From positions 4,830 through 68,829 of the forward strand of contig CAZUOG010000001.1 of the NCBI GenBank assembly GCA_964622225.1: 64,000 nucleotides of DNA. Reading direction: 5' to 3'. This DNA comes from an uncultured Actinomycetes bacterium (GTDB lineage Bacteria > Actinomycetota > Actinomycetes > Nanopelagicales > Nanopelagicaceae). The notes beneath the pieces were generated by a model. It was not told the origin of the DNA, searched no databases, and saw only the letters and a program-made list of their open reading frames with translations. Positions 1 through 10,017 of the stretch are shown here, one piece after another. Position numbers and translations under genes: made by a program. Position 1 is the first letter of the stretch. Each line of letters opens with the position of its first letter.

Positions 1-614
1 AACTTACGGAGGCAATTCTTGGGCTTCTTGATTATGAAGGTTGCATTAATTTTGATGAGAAGTGCATCGATGAATTTAGTGTTGCCGAACGACGAGATTT
101 GGGAATCGGCTTTATTCCCGAGGATCGCCAGCGTCAAGCGTTGATGCTTGGTTCGCCACTTTGGGAGAACCGAATTCTCGGTTATCAACGAAAGAAACCA
201 ATCTTTAATGGTTTTATTTTGGATAAGAAAGCAACAATTCAAGATACCCGCGAAATCATGCAAGAGTTTGATGTTCGTGCTCCTGGCCCAAATACATTGG
301 CAACTGCGCTATCTGGCGGAAATCAGCAGAAATTTATTGTCGGTCGCGAAATGGTCCATGCACCGAAACTTTTAGTTGCATCCCACCCAACTCGTGGCGT
401 TGATGTTGGCGCACAAGGGGCAATTTGGGAAGAACTTCGCAAGGCTCGCGAAAAAGGGATGGCTATTGTCTTGATATCTGCTGACTTAGAAGAGCTCATC
501 GGAATGTCAGATCGATTATTGGTAATGCTTCGAGGAGAAGTAACCGCTGAATTGAATCCAGCCAACACCACACCAGAATCATTAGGCGCTGCAATGACGG
601 GAGCTAAGAAGTGA
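1..614 (+). CDS. ABC transporter ATP-binding protein, 3' part (5' end upstream of window); probable nucleoside/BMP-type importer
   Basis: Frame 3 is open from nt 3 with no stop, so the listed TTG at 99 is internal. ABC signature LSGGNQQK and Walker B LLVASHPTRGVDV. GTGA overlap with the next gene at 611-614. Confidence 0.85.
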   Translation, partial: LTEAILGLLDYEGCINFDEKCIDEFSVAERRDLGIGFIPEDRQRQALMLGSPLWENRILGYQRKKPIFNGFILDKKATIQDTREIMQEFDVRAPGPNTLATALSGGNQQKFIVGREMVHAPKLLVASHPTRGVDVGAQGAIWEELRKAREKGMAIVLISADLEELIGMSDRLLVMLRGEVTAELNPANTTPESLGAAMTGAKK

Positions 615-1714
615 AACTAAATCCAAAGAAGATTTACTTAGCGCTGCTTGCTCCAGTTTCAGCGGCAATTGTTTCAATCATCATTTCTAGTATTGCGCTT
701 CTAGCAACAAAGAAATCGCCGATAATGGCTTTCAAAACTATGTGGGAATTTGGCGCTTCAACAAGTTCTGTTATTGAAACTTTAAATACCGCTACCTCTT
801 ATTACATTGCAGCTCTCGCGATCGCGATTACTTTCCGAGCCGGTCTATTTAATATCGGCGTTGAAGGTCAATTGCGTTTAGCGGCGCTATTTTCAATGTA
901 TTTAGGTGCGATGTTCACGCTGCCTCCAGTACTTCATGTATTTGCGATATTTATTATTGCAATGACCGTAGGTGGATTGTGGGCGGCAATTGCCGGAATC
1001 TTGAAAGTAAAGCGCGGCATCAATGAAGTTATCTCCACGATCATGCTTAACAGCATCGCTGGCGCTCTTAGCGCATATCTTTTCTCGACATATTTTTCAG
1101 TCAAAGTTGTTGGTTCAAACAATTTATCAACTGCCACATTGCCAGAATCAGGTTGGATGCCGAATCTATCTTTCCTAACTAGCCACTTGGATAAGTCTGC
1201 CACTCAAGGTCGTGCAATTTATGGCATGTTTGCGGTTGCAATCGTGCTAGGTATTTCATTCTGGTGGATTGTAAATCGCACCAGATTTGGTTTTGAATTA
1301 CGTGCATCAGGAATTAATCCAATGGCAGCTCGTGTCAGCGGTGTAAATTCAAAGCGCATGATTGTTGTAGCAATGATCTCATCAGGAGCGATTGCTGGAC
1401 TTGCAGGATTACCAACAATCCTGGCAGAGACACATGCATACAATATGGGCTTCCGCGCGGGTCTCGGTTTCTCTGCTATCGCAGTTGCGTTACTCGGAAG
1501 AAATGGCGCAGTTGGCATGGCATTTGCCAGCTTGCTATTTTCTTTCCTAGAAGTTGCATCTAGATCGCTTGAGTTAATTGATATCGCTCCAGAAACTTAT
1601 TTCATTATGCAAGGAGCGATTCTCTTGAGTTCAGTGATTGCTTACGAGGTAGTTAGCAGGTACCGCGTCAAAGTAGTCTCTGATGAATTAGCAAAGGCGG
1701 TGCCAAATGCTTAA
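611..1714 (+). CDS. ABC transporter permease (first of two; sugar/nucleoside type)
   Basis: 367-aa multi-TM protein, translationally coupled to the upstream ATPase and the downstream second permease. Confidence 0.85.
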   Translation: MKLNPKKIYLALLAPVSAAIVSIIISSIALLATKKSPIMAFKTMWEFGASTSSVIETLNTATSYYIAALAIAITFRAGLFNIGVEGQLRLAALFSMYLGAMFTLPPVLHVFAIFIIAMTVGGLWAAIAGILKVKRGINEVISTIMLNSIAGALSAYLFSTYFSVKVVGSNNLSTATLPESGWMPNLSFLTSHLDKSATQGRAIYGMFAVAIVLGISFWWIVNRTRFGFELRASGINPMAARVSGVNSKRMIVVAMISSGAIAGLAGLPTILAETHAYNMGFRAGLGFSAIAVALLGRNGAVGMAFASLLFSFLEVASRSLELIDIAPETYFIMQGAILLSSVIAYEVVSRYRVKVVSDELAKAVPNA

Positions 1715-2948
1715 TTTAACTAAACCACTTCGTTTAGCGTTCTATGCGTTTGGAATTGTTTTTGCACTTTCTACTATTCGTTTAATCACTGGCGCTTCAG
1801 ATTTAACTAGTACCGGAACTGCATCTGCTGCATTATTGCTTTCTGTTCCAATTGCAATGGCAGCCCTTGGCGGACTCTTCTCTGAACGTTCCGGTGTTGT
1901 CAACATTGGTCTTGAGGGAATGATGATAATGGGCGCGTGGGGAGGCGGATTTATTGGTTCCAAATACGGTCCGTGGGCCGGTTTAGTTGCTGGTATTTTC
2001 ATGGGCGCAGTTGGCGCTTTAATTCACGCTATTGCAACAGTTGGCTTCGGGGTTGATCACGTGGTCTCAGGTGTTGCGGTAAACATCATTGCAGCTGGAT
2101 TAGTTCGTTACTTCTCAACCATTCTCTATAAGAACGGTACTTGGCTTGGGCCATCACAGTCGCCTGATATCAATGCCATCGGAACAAATGGTTTGCCGAT
2201 TCTCTCAGGTGGCAACTTCTTTGGATGGAAGAGCCCAGATTTGTTTGGCGCAATTGCAAAGAAGAATTGGTTCCTAATTTCTGATCTATTCTCAATTCTT
2301 CGTGGTTTAACTGGAGAAGTTTCATATGTAACCATGATTGCAATTGCATTGGTGCCACTTTCATATTGGTTCTTATGGCATACCGCTTTTGGTCTACGTT
2401 TGCGAAGTGCTGGAGAAGCACCAACAGCTGCAGAATCACTCGGTGTTAATGTTTATAAGATGAAATATGCAGGCGTAGTAATCTCTGGCGCTTTTGCTGG
2501 CCTAGGCGGTGCGTTCTTAGCAATCGTTGCCGCAAACCATTATCAAGAGAACCAAACAGGTGGACGCGGTTATATCGGTCTTGCTGCTTTGATTTTCGGA
2601 AATTGGCGTCCAGGTGGATTGATGTCAGGTGCTGCGCTGTTTGGTTTTGCTGATGCCTTGCAATTGCGAGACGCAGAAGCGGTACATGCGCTCTTGATGT
2701 TGGTTGCAGTAGCGATGATTGTCTTTGCAATCTTCAACTTCCGCAAGCGCAAATATGTAACAGTTGGAATTAGCTTTGCGATTTCAATTCTTGCAATCAC
2801 TCTTTATTACAAGATTGCTCAACTTCCTGGTCAATTCGTAACAATGACTCCATATGTAATGACTCTGCTAGTACTTAGCCTTGGCATTCAAAGATTACGA
2901 ATGCCGGCAGCAGATGGTGTTCCATATCGTCGAGGTGGCGGCAAGTAA
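1707..2948 (+). CDS. ABC transporter permease (second of two)
   Basis: 413-aa multi-TM protein. 8-nt overlap with the previous permease. Its stop abuts the cdd start. Confidence 0.85.
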   Translation: MLNLTKPLRLAFYAFGIVFALSTIRLITGASDLTSTGTASAALLLSVPIAMAALGGLFSERSGVVNIGLEGMMIMGAWGGGFIGSKYGPWAGLVAGIFMGAVGALIHAIATVGFGVDHVVSGVAVNIIAAGLVRYFSTILYKNGTWLGPSQSPDINAIGTNGLPILSGGNFFGWKSPDLFGAIAKKNWFLISDLFSILRGLTGEVSYVTMIAIALVPLSYWFLWHTAFGLRLRSAGEAPTAAESLGVNVYKMKYAGVVISGAFAGLGGAFLAIVAANHYQENQTGGRGYIGLAALIFGNWRPGGLMSGAALFGFADALQLRDAEAVHALLMLVAVAMIVFAIFNFRKRKYVTVGISFAISILAITLYYKIAQLPGQFVTMTPYVMTLLVLSLGIQRLRMPAADGVPYRRGGGK

Positions 2949-3343
2949 TGCAGATTAATTGGGAAGAACTTCATGCGCGCGCAATCAGCGCAATGAAGAA
3001 GGCATATGCGCCTTATTCAAACTTTCCAGTGGGTGTCTCTGCATTAGTTGATGATGGTCGAATTGTTGAAGGTTGCAACGTAGAAAATGCCTCTTATGGC
3101 CTTGGTTTATGTGCTGAATGTGGTCTAGTTTCAAACCTTGCAACTACGGGTGGTGGAAAGTTAATTGCAATTCTCTGCGTAGGTGGAGATGGTCAATATT
3201 TGGCACCGTGTGGTCGTTGCAGACAACTTTTATTTGAACATGGCGGTCCTGAGGCGCTACTAATGACACCAGATGGACCTCAGAAAATGTCTGAAATGCT
3301 TCCTTGGGCATTCGGACCTGATGATCTCGATTTACATAAATGA
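2948..3343 (+). CDS. cdd: cytidine deaminase
   Basis: 131 aa. Zinc motifs CAECGLV and PCGRCRQ. Confidence 0.9.
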   Translation: MQINWEELHARAISAMKKAYAPYSNFPVGVSALVDDGRIVEGCNVENASYGLGLCAECGLVSNLATTGGGKLIAILCVGGDGQYLAPCGRCRQLLFEHGGPEALLMTPDGPQKMSEMLPWAFGPDDLDLHK

Positions 3344-4620
3344 CAGAGCGTTACACAGCTCCTGAAATTATCGCGCTAAAGCGCGATCGAAATGTACTAA
3401 ATGACGATCAAATTGATTGGGTCGTTGATGCTTACACCCGCGGAGTAGTTGCAGACGAACAGATGTCAGCACTTGCCATGGCAATTCTTTTAAATGGAAT
3501 GGAACGCCATGAAATTAGCCGTTGGACTGATGCAATGATTCGAAGCGGCGAGAAGATGAATTGGTCAATGCTAGATCGACCAACAGTTGATAAACATTCT
3601 ACTGGCGGAGTAGGCGACAAAATTACTTTGCCATTAGTTCCGCTAGTTGCTTCATGTGGTGCTGCAGTACCGCAATTATCAGGCCGCGGTTTAGGCCATA
3701 CCGGTGGAACATTAGATAAATTGGAATCTATCTCTGGTTGGAAATCATCATTATCAAATGATGAAATGTTAAAAGTAATTCAAGATACCGGTGGTGTAAT
3801 TTGTGCAGCGGGAGCAGGTTTGGCGCCTGCCGATAAAAAGCTTTATGCACTTCGCGATGTAACTGCAACTGTTGAAGCGATTCCATTAATCGCATCATCA
3901 ATCATGAGCAAGAAGATTGCAGAAGGCACTGGTTCTTTGGTGCTTGATGTAAAAACTGGTAGCGGTGCATTCATGAGTGATCCTGTGAAAGCGCGCGAAC
4001 TTGCAACTGTCATGGTTGAAATCGGAAAGAGCGCTGGAGTAAATATCAGAGCGCTGATTACTGCAATGGATGTGCCCCTAGGTTTAACTGCCGGAAATGC
4101 CCTTGAAGTACGTGAGTCTGTGGAAGTGCTAGCCGGTGGCGGACCAGCGGATGTCGTTGAATTGACAGTGCTTTTAGCGCGAGAAATGTTGGAATTAGCA
4201 GGAATAAGAGGCGTGGATCCGGCAGATAATTTAAAAAATGGAAAAGCTATGGATCACTGGCGCAGAATGATCAAAGCGCAAAATGGCGATCCGGATGCTG
4301 CGCTTCCAACTGCAAAAGAGAAATTGGTTATTAGTGCAGAGAAGAGTGGAAAAATAACTCGAATGGATGCGCTTAAAGTAGGAGTTGCAGCTTGGCGACT
4401 TGGTGCCGGACGCTCAAAGCAGGGCGAACAATTACAACTTGGCGCAGGAATTGAGATTCACGCAAAACCAGGCGAGACCGTAAAGGCAGGTCAAGCCCTT
4501 TTCACTTTGCATACCGATAAGCCAGAACTCTTTGAGCGCGCACAAGAATCTTTGCAGGGCGCAGTTGAATTTGATTCAAAGTATCAACGTTTGCCATTAG
4601 TTCTGGAGCGCATCGGTTGA
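3340..4620 (+). CDS. deoA: thymidine / pyrimidine-nucleoside phosphorylase
   Basis: 426 aa. DKHSTGGVGDK motif. ATGA overlap with cdd. Confidence 0.9.
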   Translation: MTERYTAPEIIALKRDRNVLNDDQIDWVVDAYTRGVVADEQMSALAMAILLNGMERHEISRWTDAMIRSGEKMNWSMLDRPTVDKHSTGGVGDKITLPLVPLVASCGAAVPQLSGRGLGHTGGTLDKLESISGWKSSLSNDEMLKVIQDTGGVICAAGAGLAPADKKLYALRDVTATVEAIPLIASSIMSKKIAEGTGSLVLDVKTGSGAFMSDPVKARELATVMVEIGKSAGVNIRALITAMDVPLGLTAGNALEVRESVEVLAGGGPADVVELTVLLAREMLELAGIRGVDPADNLKNGKAMDHWRRMIKAQNGDPDAALPTAKEKLVISAEKSGKITRMDALKVGVAAWRLGAGRSKQGEQLQLGAGIEIHAKPGETVKAGQALFTLHTDKPELFERAQESLQGAVEFDSKYQRLPLVLERIG

Positions 4621-5627
4621 AAAATTTACCAAAAGTCTTACTCCATGATCATTTAGATGGTGGACTAAGACCAGAAACAATTATCGAAATTGCTGAAGAA
4701 ATCGGTTATAAGAATCTACCCACACATAAACCTGCAGGGTTAGCTGATTGGTTTCAGGAAGCTTGCGATTCAGGTTCGTTGGTTCGATATCTTGAAACCT
4801 TCGACCATACGATTGCCGTAATGCAACGTCCGCAGGATATCGTCAGAGTTGCCAAAGAGACTGTAATTGATTTGGCAGATGATGGCGTAATTTATGCAGA
4901 AGTTCGAGTCGCACCAGAACATTTCACCAAGAATGGAATGACCATGGAAGATGTTACTGAGGCAATGCTTGAAGGTTACCGAATAGGAGAAGTTCAAACT
5001 GGATTAAAAGTAAATACCATTCTCTGTGGAATGCGCCAGTTGGATAAATCTCAAGAAGTTGCGGAACTTGTCGTTAAATATCGAGATAAAGGTGTTGTAA
5101 GTTTTGATATCGCTGGCCCCGAAAAAGGTTTTGCACCTACACTTCAAAAAGTTACTTTTGATTATTTAAAACGCCATGAAATTCCATTCACGATTCATGC
5201 TGGTGAAGCAGATGGACCGCAATCAATAGACCTTGCGATAAATGCTTGCGGAGCAAAGAGAATTGGGCATGGGGTGCGAATCATTGAGGATCTGCCCAAT
5301 GGCAGAATCGCAAGACAGGTCTTAGAAGAACAGATTCACTTGGAGTTGGCTCCAACTTCGAACTTGCAGACCGGAGTAGCTGATACCTACGCCCACCACC
5401 CAATCGAAAAGCTCTTTGATTTGGGTTTTAACATTGGCATTAATACTGACAATCGATTGATGAGTCGAACCAATATGAGCCAAGAATTTAGCGAATGTGC
5501 AAAAGCATTTGGATGGGGGTTGGCTGAGTTTCGCGAATTAACGTTAAACGCAATGAACGCAGCTTTTATAGACAATAAAAGTGAGTATTTAAAGCGAATA
5601 GGGGCGGGTTATGATCAAATTCAATGA
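4617..5627 (+). CDS. add: adenosine deaminase
   Basis: LHDHLDGG metal site, TIHAGE and NTDN motifs. TTG start overlaps the deoA stop (TTGA). Confidence 0.9.
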   Translation: MKNLPKVLLHDHLDGGLRPETIIEIAEEIGYKNLPTHKPAGLADWFQEACDSGSLVRYLETFDHTIAVMQRPQDIVRVAKETVIDLADDGVIYAEVRVAPEHFTKNGMTMEDVTEAMLEGYRIGEVQTGLKVNTILCGMRQLDKSQEVAELVVKYRDKGVVSFDIAGPEKGFAPTLQKVTFDYLKRHEIPFTIHAGEADGPQSIDLAINACGAKRIGHGVRIIEDLPNGRIARQVLEEQIHLELAPTSNLQTGVADTYAHHPIEKLFDLGFNIGINTDNRLMSRTNMSQEFSECAKAFGWGLAEFRELTLNAMNAAFIDNKSEYLKRIGAGYDQIQ

Positions 5628-6786
5628 TAAAGATTTTCTAATCAATCCATATCCTGATTTAGCAAAACTACGTAGTGCAGGGAAACCAGTCTGGCACGAA
5701 GAAGCACAAATGTTTCTAGCTGGTAAATATGACGATGCAAACGCAGTGCTTCGCAATAAGTCTCTTGGGCGAATTTTTAAAGCGAAAGAACCAGAATCTG
5801 AGTGGTCTACTTTTAATTGGTTACACGCAGATTCTATTTTGGATTCTGAGCCGCCTAAGCACACTCGCTTACGCTCTCTAGTTTCTAAAGCATTTAATAA
5901 AAATATCATCGAAAGTCAACGAGAGACCATCAATAAGATTGTGGATGAGCTTATTGCTGACATTAATGCGAAGAATGGAGACTTTGATTTAATCGCTGAC
6001 TTTGCCGAGCCACTTCCAGTAAAAGTAATTGTCGCGATGCTCGGTTTTCCGGACGAAGACGAATACTTACTTCGTCCTTGGTCACAAGCAATTGTGAAGA
6101 TGTATGAAGTAAATCCAAGTGCCGAAGTTCAAGCAAATGCCAAAAAAGCAGCCACTGAATTCGCGGCTTATGTTCAGAAGTTGGCAGATGAACGTAAAGT
6201 GCAACCGGGTAATGACTTAATTACCGACTTAGTGCGCGTAGAAGAGCAAGGCGAAAAACTTAATGCCCAAGAGTTAATAGCGACTTGTGTATTGCTTTTA
6301 AATGCTGGACATGAGGCCAGTGTTAATGGATTTGGAAATGGCATGGTCGCCTTGCTTGAGCGCGAAAATCAATTCAAATTATTACGCGATAACCCAGATG
6401 CGCTTGCAGCTTCTGCGGTCGAGGAGTTTCTACGTTTTGATGCTCCACTTCATTTATTTGAACGAACTGCAACTGCGGATACCGAAATTGGTGGGGTAGA
6501 GATCAAGCAAGGTCAGAAAATTGCCTCTTTGTTGGGTTCAGCCAACCGGGATGAAGCCCATTTTGCTTACGCAGATCAGATGGATATCACTAGAGATCCA
6601 AACCCACATATTGGTTTTGGTGCCGGAATTCATTTTTGTTTAGGCGGACCATTAGCTCGTCTTGAAATGGGAATCGCGCTACCTAAATTAGTAAAGGCTT
6701 TTCCTAATATGAAGATTGCAAGCGATCCGGTGCGTCGCCCAACATTTGTTTTACGCGGTTATGAAAAGGTAGAGATTAAAGCTTAA
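5611..6786 (+). CDS. cytochrome P450
   Basis: Heme-thiolate loop FGAGIHFCLG, EXXR (EEFLRFD), I-helix NAGHEAS. Start lies 17 nt inside the add 3' end. Confidence 0.9.
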   Translation: MIKFNDKDFLINPYPDLAKLRSAGKPVWHEEAQMFLAGKYDDANAVLRNKSLGRIFKAKEPESEWSTFNWLHADSILDSEPPKHTRLRSLVSKAFNKNIIESQRETINKIVDELIADINAKNGDFDLIADFAEPLPVKVIVAMLGFPDEDEYLLRPWSQAIVKMYEVNPSAEVQANAKKAATEFAAYVQKLADERKVQPGNDLITDLVRVEEQGEKLNAQELIATCVLLLNAGHEASVNGFGNGMVALLERENQFKLLRDNPDALAASAVEEFLRFDAPLHLFERTATADTEIGGVEIKQGQKIASLLGSANRDEAHFAYADQMDITRDPNPHIGFGAGIHFCLGGPLARLEMGIALPKLVKAFPNMKIASDPVRRPTFVLRGYEKVEIKA

Positions 6787-7595
6787 ATCCCGACGGTATT
6801 CCATACAGTTTTAGCTTCCATAAAAGCCAAAATTCGAGCTGGGTGTTTAACTTTATTAAAAGCGTGAATGCGCTTTAAGTTCTCTGCGCCGGCGACTTTC
6901 AATTCGGTAACTTTCTTCGCTCCTGAAACATCAAGTCCATCAATATCCATGTGTGATGCCATCCAAGGCGCAAGTTCTTCAACTTTGCCTGTGAGGATGT
7001 TTATAACTCCTGCAGTGACATCGCTGGTAGCTAGGACTTCAGCAAAACTCATAGCTGGAATTGCTAAAGCATCTGGCGCAACTATTACCGAAGTATTTCC
7101 ACTTGCAATTACTGACATTAAAGAATCAATAAATTCAAGGAAATTTGGTTTTGAAATAATTCCGACCACACCTAGTGCTTCTGGGGTAGTGAAGTTATAG
7201 AAAGGTCCTGAAACTGGATTGGTAACTCCATCTAGCGCAGATAATTTGTCAGTCCATCCGGCATACCAAACGATTAAATCAATGGCCTCAGAGATCTTTG
7301 TTTTATCTCCAATTGCCTTAAGTTCGGCATCAAATTGTTCGCGACGACCTTCAAGCATTTCTGCAATGCGATAAATAATCTGTCCCTTTAAGTATGCGGT
7401 TGATTTATTCCAACCTCCGAAAGCGCCGCGTGCTGCAACAACTGCGTCGCGTAAATCTTTTCTAGAAGCTAGCGCTGGATTTGCAATGAAAACACCTTTA
7501 GCGTTCTTAACTTCATAAACACGGCCAGATTCTGATCGTGGAAATGCGCCATTTATATAAAGCTTGTAAGTTTTCTTTACGTCTATACGTGACAT
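6783..7595 (-). CDS. aldehyde-dehydrogenase-like protein lacking the catalytic domain (270 aa, no Cys)
   Basis: Aligns by eye to the N-terminal/cofactor half of the adjacent 486-aa ALDH (GVVGIISKPNF.., VIVAP.., GVINILTG). No ELGGK or catalytic-Cys segment. TAATG coupling to the upstream ALDH. Confidence 0.75.
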   Translation of the reverse strand: MSRIDVKKTYKLYINGAFPRSESGRVYEVKNAKGVFIANPALASRKDLRDAVVAARGAFGGWNKSTAYLKGQIIYRIAEMLEGRREQFDAELKAIGDKTKISEAIDLIVWYAGWTDKLSALDGVTNPVSGPFYNFTTPEALGVVGIISKPNFLEFIDSLMSVIASGNTSVIVAPDALAIPAMSFAEVLATSDVTAGVINILTGKVEELAPWMASHMDIDGLDVSGAKKVTELKVAGAENLKRIHAFNKVKHPARILAFMEAKTVWNTVGI

Positions 7596-9055
7596 TACTT
7601 AACCGTTCCTGAGGCTTTTAAATAAGAGCTCAAACCATGGCGACCGCCTTCGCGACCCCAGCCTGATTCTTTGTATCCACCAAAAGGTGAAGCGGGATCA
7701 AATTTATTGAATGTATTTGCCCAAATCACACCAGCTCGAAGTTGTTGTGCAGTCCACAAAACTTTAGAGCCCTTTTCACTCCAAACGCCCGCAGAGAGAC
7801 CAAAAGGAGTGTTATTAGCCTTCTCAATTGCCTCAGCAGGCGTGCGGAAAGTTAATACCGATAGCACTGGGCCAAAGATTTCTTCGCGAGCGATTCGATG
7901 AGCCTGAGTCACACCAGTGAAGATGGTCGGTGCAAACCAGAAACCGCTCTTAGGTAATTCGCACTTTGGTGACCAGATTTCGCCACCTTCTGCGCTACCA
8001 GATGCCGCAAGTTCTTTAATTTTCTCTAGTTGAGCTTTTGAATTGATGGCACCTAAGTCGGTGTTCTTATCCATTGGATCGCCAACCCGAATCTTCTCCA
8101 TGCGGCGTTGCAATTTCTTAATTACTTCTTCAGCTACATTCTCCTGAACTAGAAGGCGAGAACCAGCGCAGCAGACATGTCCTTGATTAAAGAAAATGCC
8201 ATTAACAATTCCTTCAACTGCTTGATCAATTGCAGCATCTTCAAAAACAATATTCGCGCCTTTGCCGCCTAATTCAAGTGTGGCAACTTTCTTAGTATCG
8301 GCAATTGCACGGGCAATAGATTTACCAACCTCTGTTGAACCGGTAAATGCAATCTTTGCTACACCTGGATGATTAACTAGAGCTGAGCCAGTTTCACCTG
8401 CGCCAGTGACGATATTTACTACTCCGGCAGGAAGTTCAGCTTGTTGGCAAACTTCTGCAAAAAGTAGAGCGGTAAGTGGTGTGCTCTCGGCAGGCTTTAA
8501 CACCACAGTGTTTCCAGCGGCTAAAGCTGGGGCAACTTTCCATGCCAACATTAAAAGTGGGAAGTTCCAAGGAATGATCTGGCCAACAACACCGTGCGCT
8601 TTTGGCGAAGATCCAACTCCGGCGTAATCAAGTTTGTCAGCCCAACCCGCGTGATAGAAAAAGTGCGCAGAAACTAGCGGAATATCAGTATCCCTGGTTT
8701 CACGAATTGGCTTTCCGTTATCAAGAGTTTCTAGCACCGCAAATTCACGCGCTCGTTCCTGCAAAATTCGAGCGATTCTGTACAGATATTTACCGCGTTC
8801 GGCACCAGATAATTTTGACCAAACTTTTGTGTAAGCGGTTTGCGCAGCTACGACTGCTTTATCAATATCGCCTTTGTCTCCATTTGCAACATGAGATAAG
8901 ACTTCCTCAGTTGCTGGATTGATTGTGGCAAAGTGCTTCTTGCCTTTAATAAATTTGCCGTTGATAAAGTGGCCATATTCTTTATCGATATTTACAATCG
9001 ATTTAGATTCTGGTGCGGGAGCGTATTCGAATGTCATATAGCCCTTCTTAGTCAA
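7595..9055 (-). CDS. NAD(P)-dependent aldehyde dehydrogenase
   Basis: 486 aa. IPWNFP, FTGSTEVG, ELGGKG, and catalytic Cys in GHVCCAGSR. Confidence 0.9.
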   Translation of the reverse strand: MTKKGYMTFEYAPAPESKSIVNIDKEYGHFINGKFIKGKKHFATINPATEEVLSHVANGDKGDIDKAVVAAQTAYTKVWSKLSGAERGKYLYRIARILQERAREFAVLETLDNGKPIRETRDTDIPLVSAHFFYHAGWADKLDYAGVGSSPKAHGVVGQIIPWNFPLLMLAWKVAPALAAGNTVVLKPAESTPLTALLFAEVCQQAELPAGVVNIVTGAGETGSALVNHPGVAKIAFTGSTEVGKSIARAIADTKKVATLELGGKGANIVFEDAAIDQAVEGIVNGIFFNQGHVCCAGSRLLVQENVAEEVIKKLQRRMEKIRVGDPMDKNTDLGAINSKAQLEKIKELAASGSAEGGEIWSPKCELPKSGFWFAPTIFTGVTQAHRIAREEIFGPVLSVLTFRTPAEAIEKANNTPFGLSAGVWSEKGSKVLWTAQQLRAGVIWANTFNKFDPASPFGGYKESGWGREGGRHGLSSYLKASGTVK

Positions 9056-9995
9056 TCGTCACGTAGTTAGGGCTTGAATAGAAGCCGTCGGTTAATTTCA
9101 TTCTCTGCATCAATAAATCATTTAATAAAGCGCTTGCTCCAATGCGGAAATACTTATTGTTTAGCCAATCAGGCCCTGCAACTTCATTAACCAGAACTAA
9201 TTGCTTGATGGCATCTTTAGTATTGCGAATACCACCTGCGGGTTTTACTCCAACCTGAAATCCAGTTAATTCGCGGAAATCGCGGACTGCTTCCAACATC
9301 ACCATTACTACTGGTGGGGTAGCAGCCGGAGTTACTTTTCCGGTAGAAGTCTTGATGAAATCTCCACCTGCCAACATTGCAATATATGAAGCTTTGCGAA
9401 CATTGTCGTAGGTAACTAATTCACCAGTTTCGAAAATAACTTTTAGATGAGCTTTGTCTCCGCAAATTTCTTTGATCTGGACAATCTCATCAAATACTTC
9501 GCCAATTCGGCCTGAAAGGAATGCGCCGCGATCAATCACCATATCAATCTCAGCTGCACCTGCATCAATAGCATCTTTGGTATCTTGTAATTTCACTGCC
9601 ATTGAAGCGCGACCTGAAGGGAAAGCGGTCGAAACAGCGGCGACAGGTATTGCCTGACCGCCTATTGAATCTAAGTGTGTACGCGCGACTTTAACCATGT
9701 CGTTATATACGCATACGGCGCCAACACTTGGAACTGTTGGATCAGATGGCGCTGGTCTAACTGCTTTGGTGCACAGCGCGCGAACTTTTCCTGGAGTATC
9801 CGCACCTTCTAAGGTTGTTAAATCCACCATTGAAATAGCGGTATCAATTGCCCAAGCTTTACTTGAAGTTTTGATACTTCGCGTGCCAAGAACCGCAGCG
9901 CGGGCATCAGCACCAACTTGATCTACTGGCGGCAGATTATTTAGAAATGACTTAAGAGAACCTTCAGAGCCATCAACTAGCCCAAAGAATTGCAT
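9048..9995 (-). CDS. deoC: deoxyribose-phosphate aldolase (long form)
   Basis: 315 aa. Schiff-base lysine context FIKTSTGK. 8-nt overlap with the downstream ALDH. Confidence 0.88.
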   Translation of the reverse strand: MQFFGLVDGSEGSLKSFLNNLPPVDQVGADARAAVLGTRSIKTSSKAWAIDTAISMVDLTTLEGADTPGKVRALCTKAVRPAPSDPTVPSVGAVCVYNDMVKVARTHLDSIGGQAIPVAAVSTAFPSGRASMAVKLQDTKDAIDAGAAEIDMVIDRGAFLSGRIGEVFDEIVQIKEICGDKAHLKVIFETGELVTYDNVRKASYIAMLAGGDFIKTSTGKVTPAATPPVVMVMLEAVRDFRELTGFQVGVKPAGGIRNTKDAIKQLVLVNEVAGPDWLNNKYFRIGASALLNDLLMQRMKLTDGFYSSPNYVTID

Positions 9996-10017
9996 ATCCG
10001 CCCTCCCAAGTTGCTAG

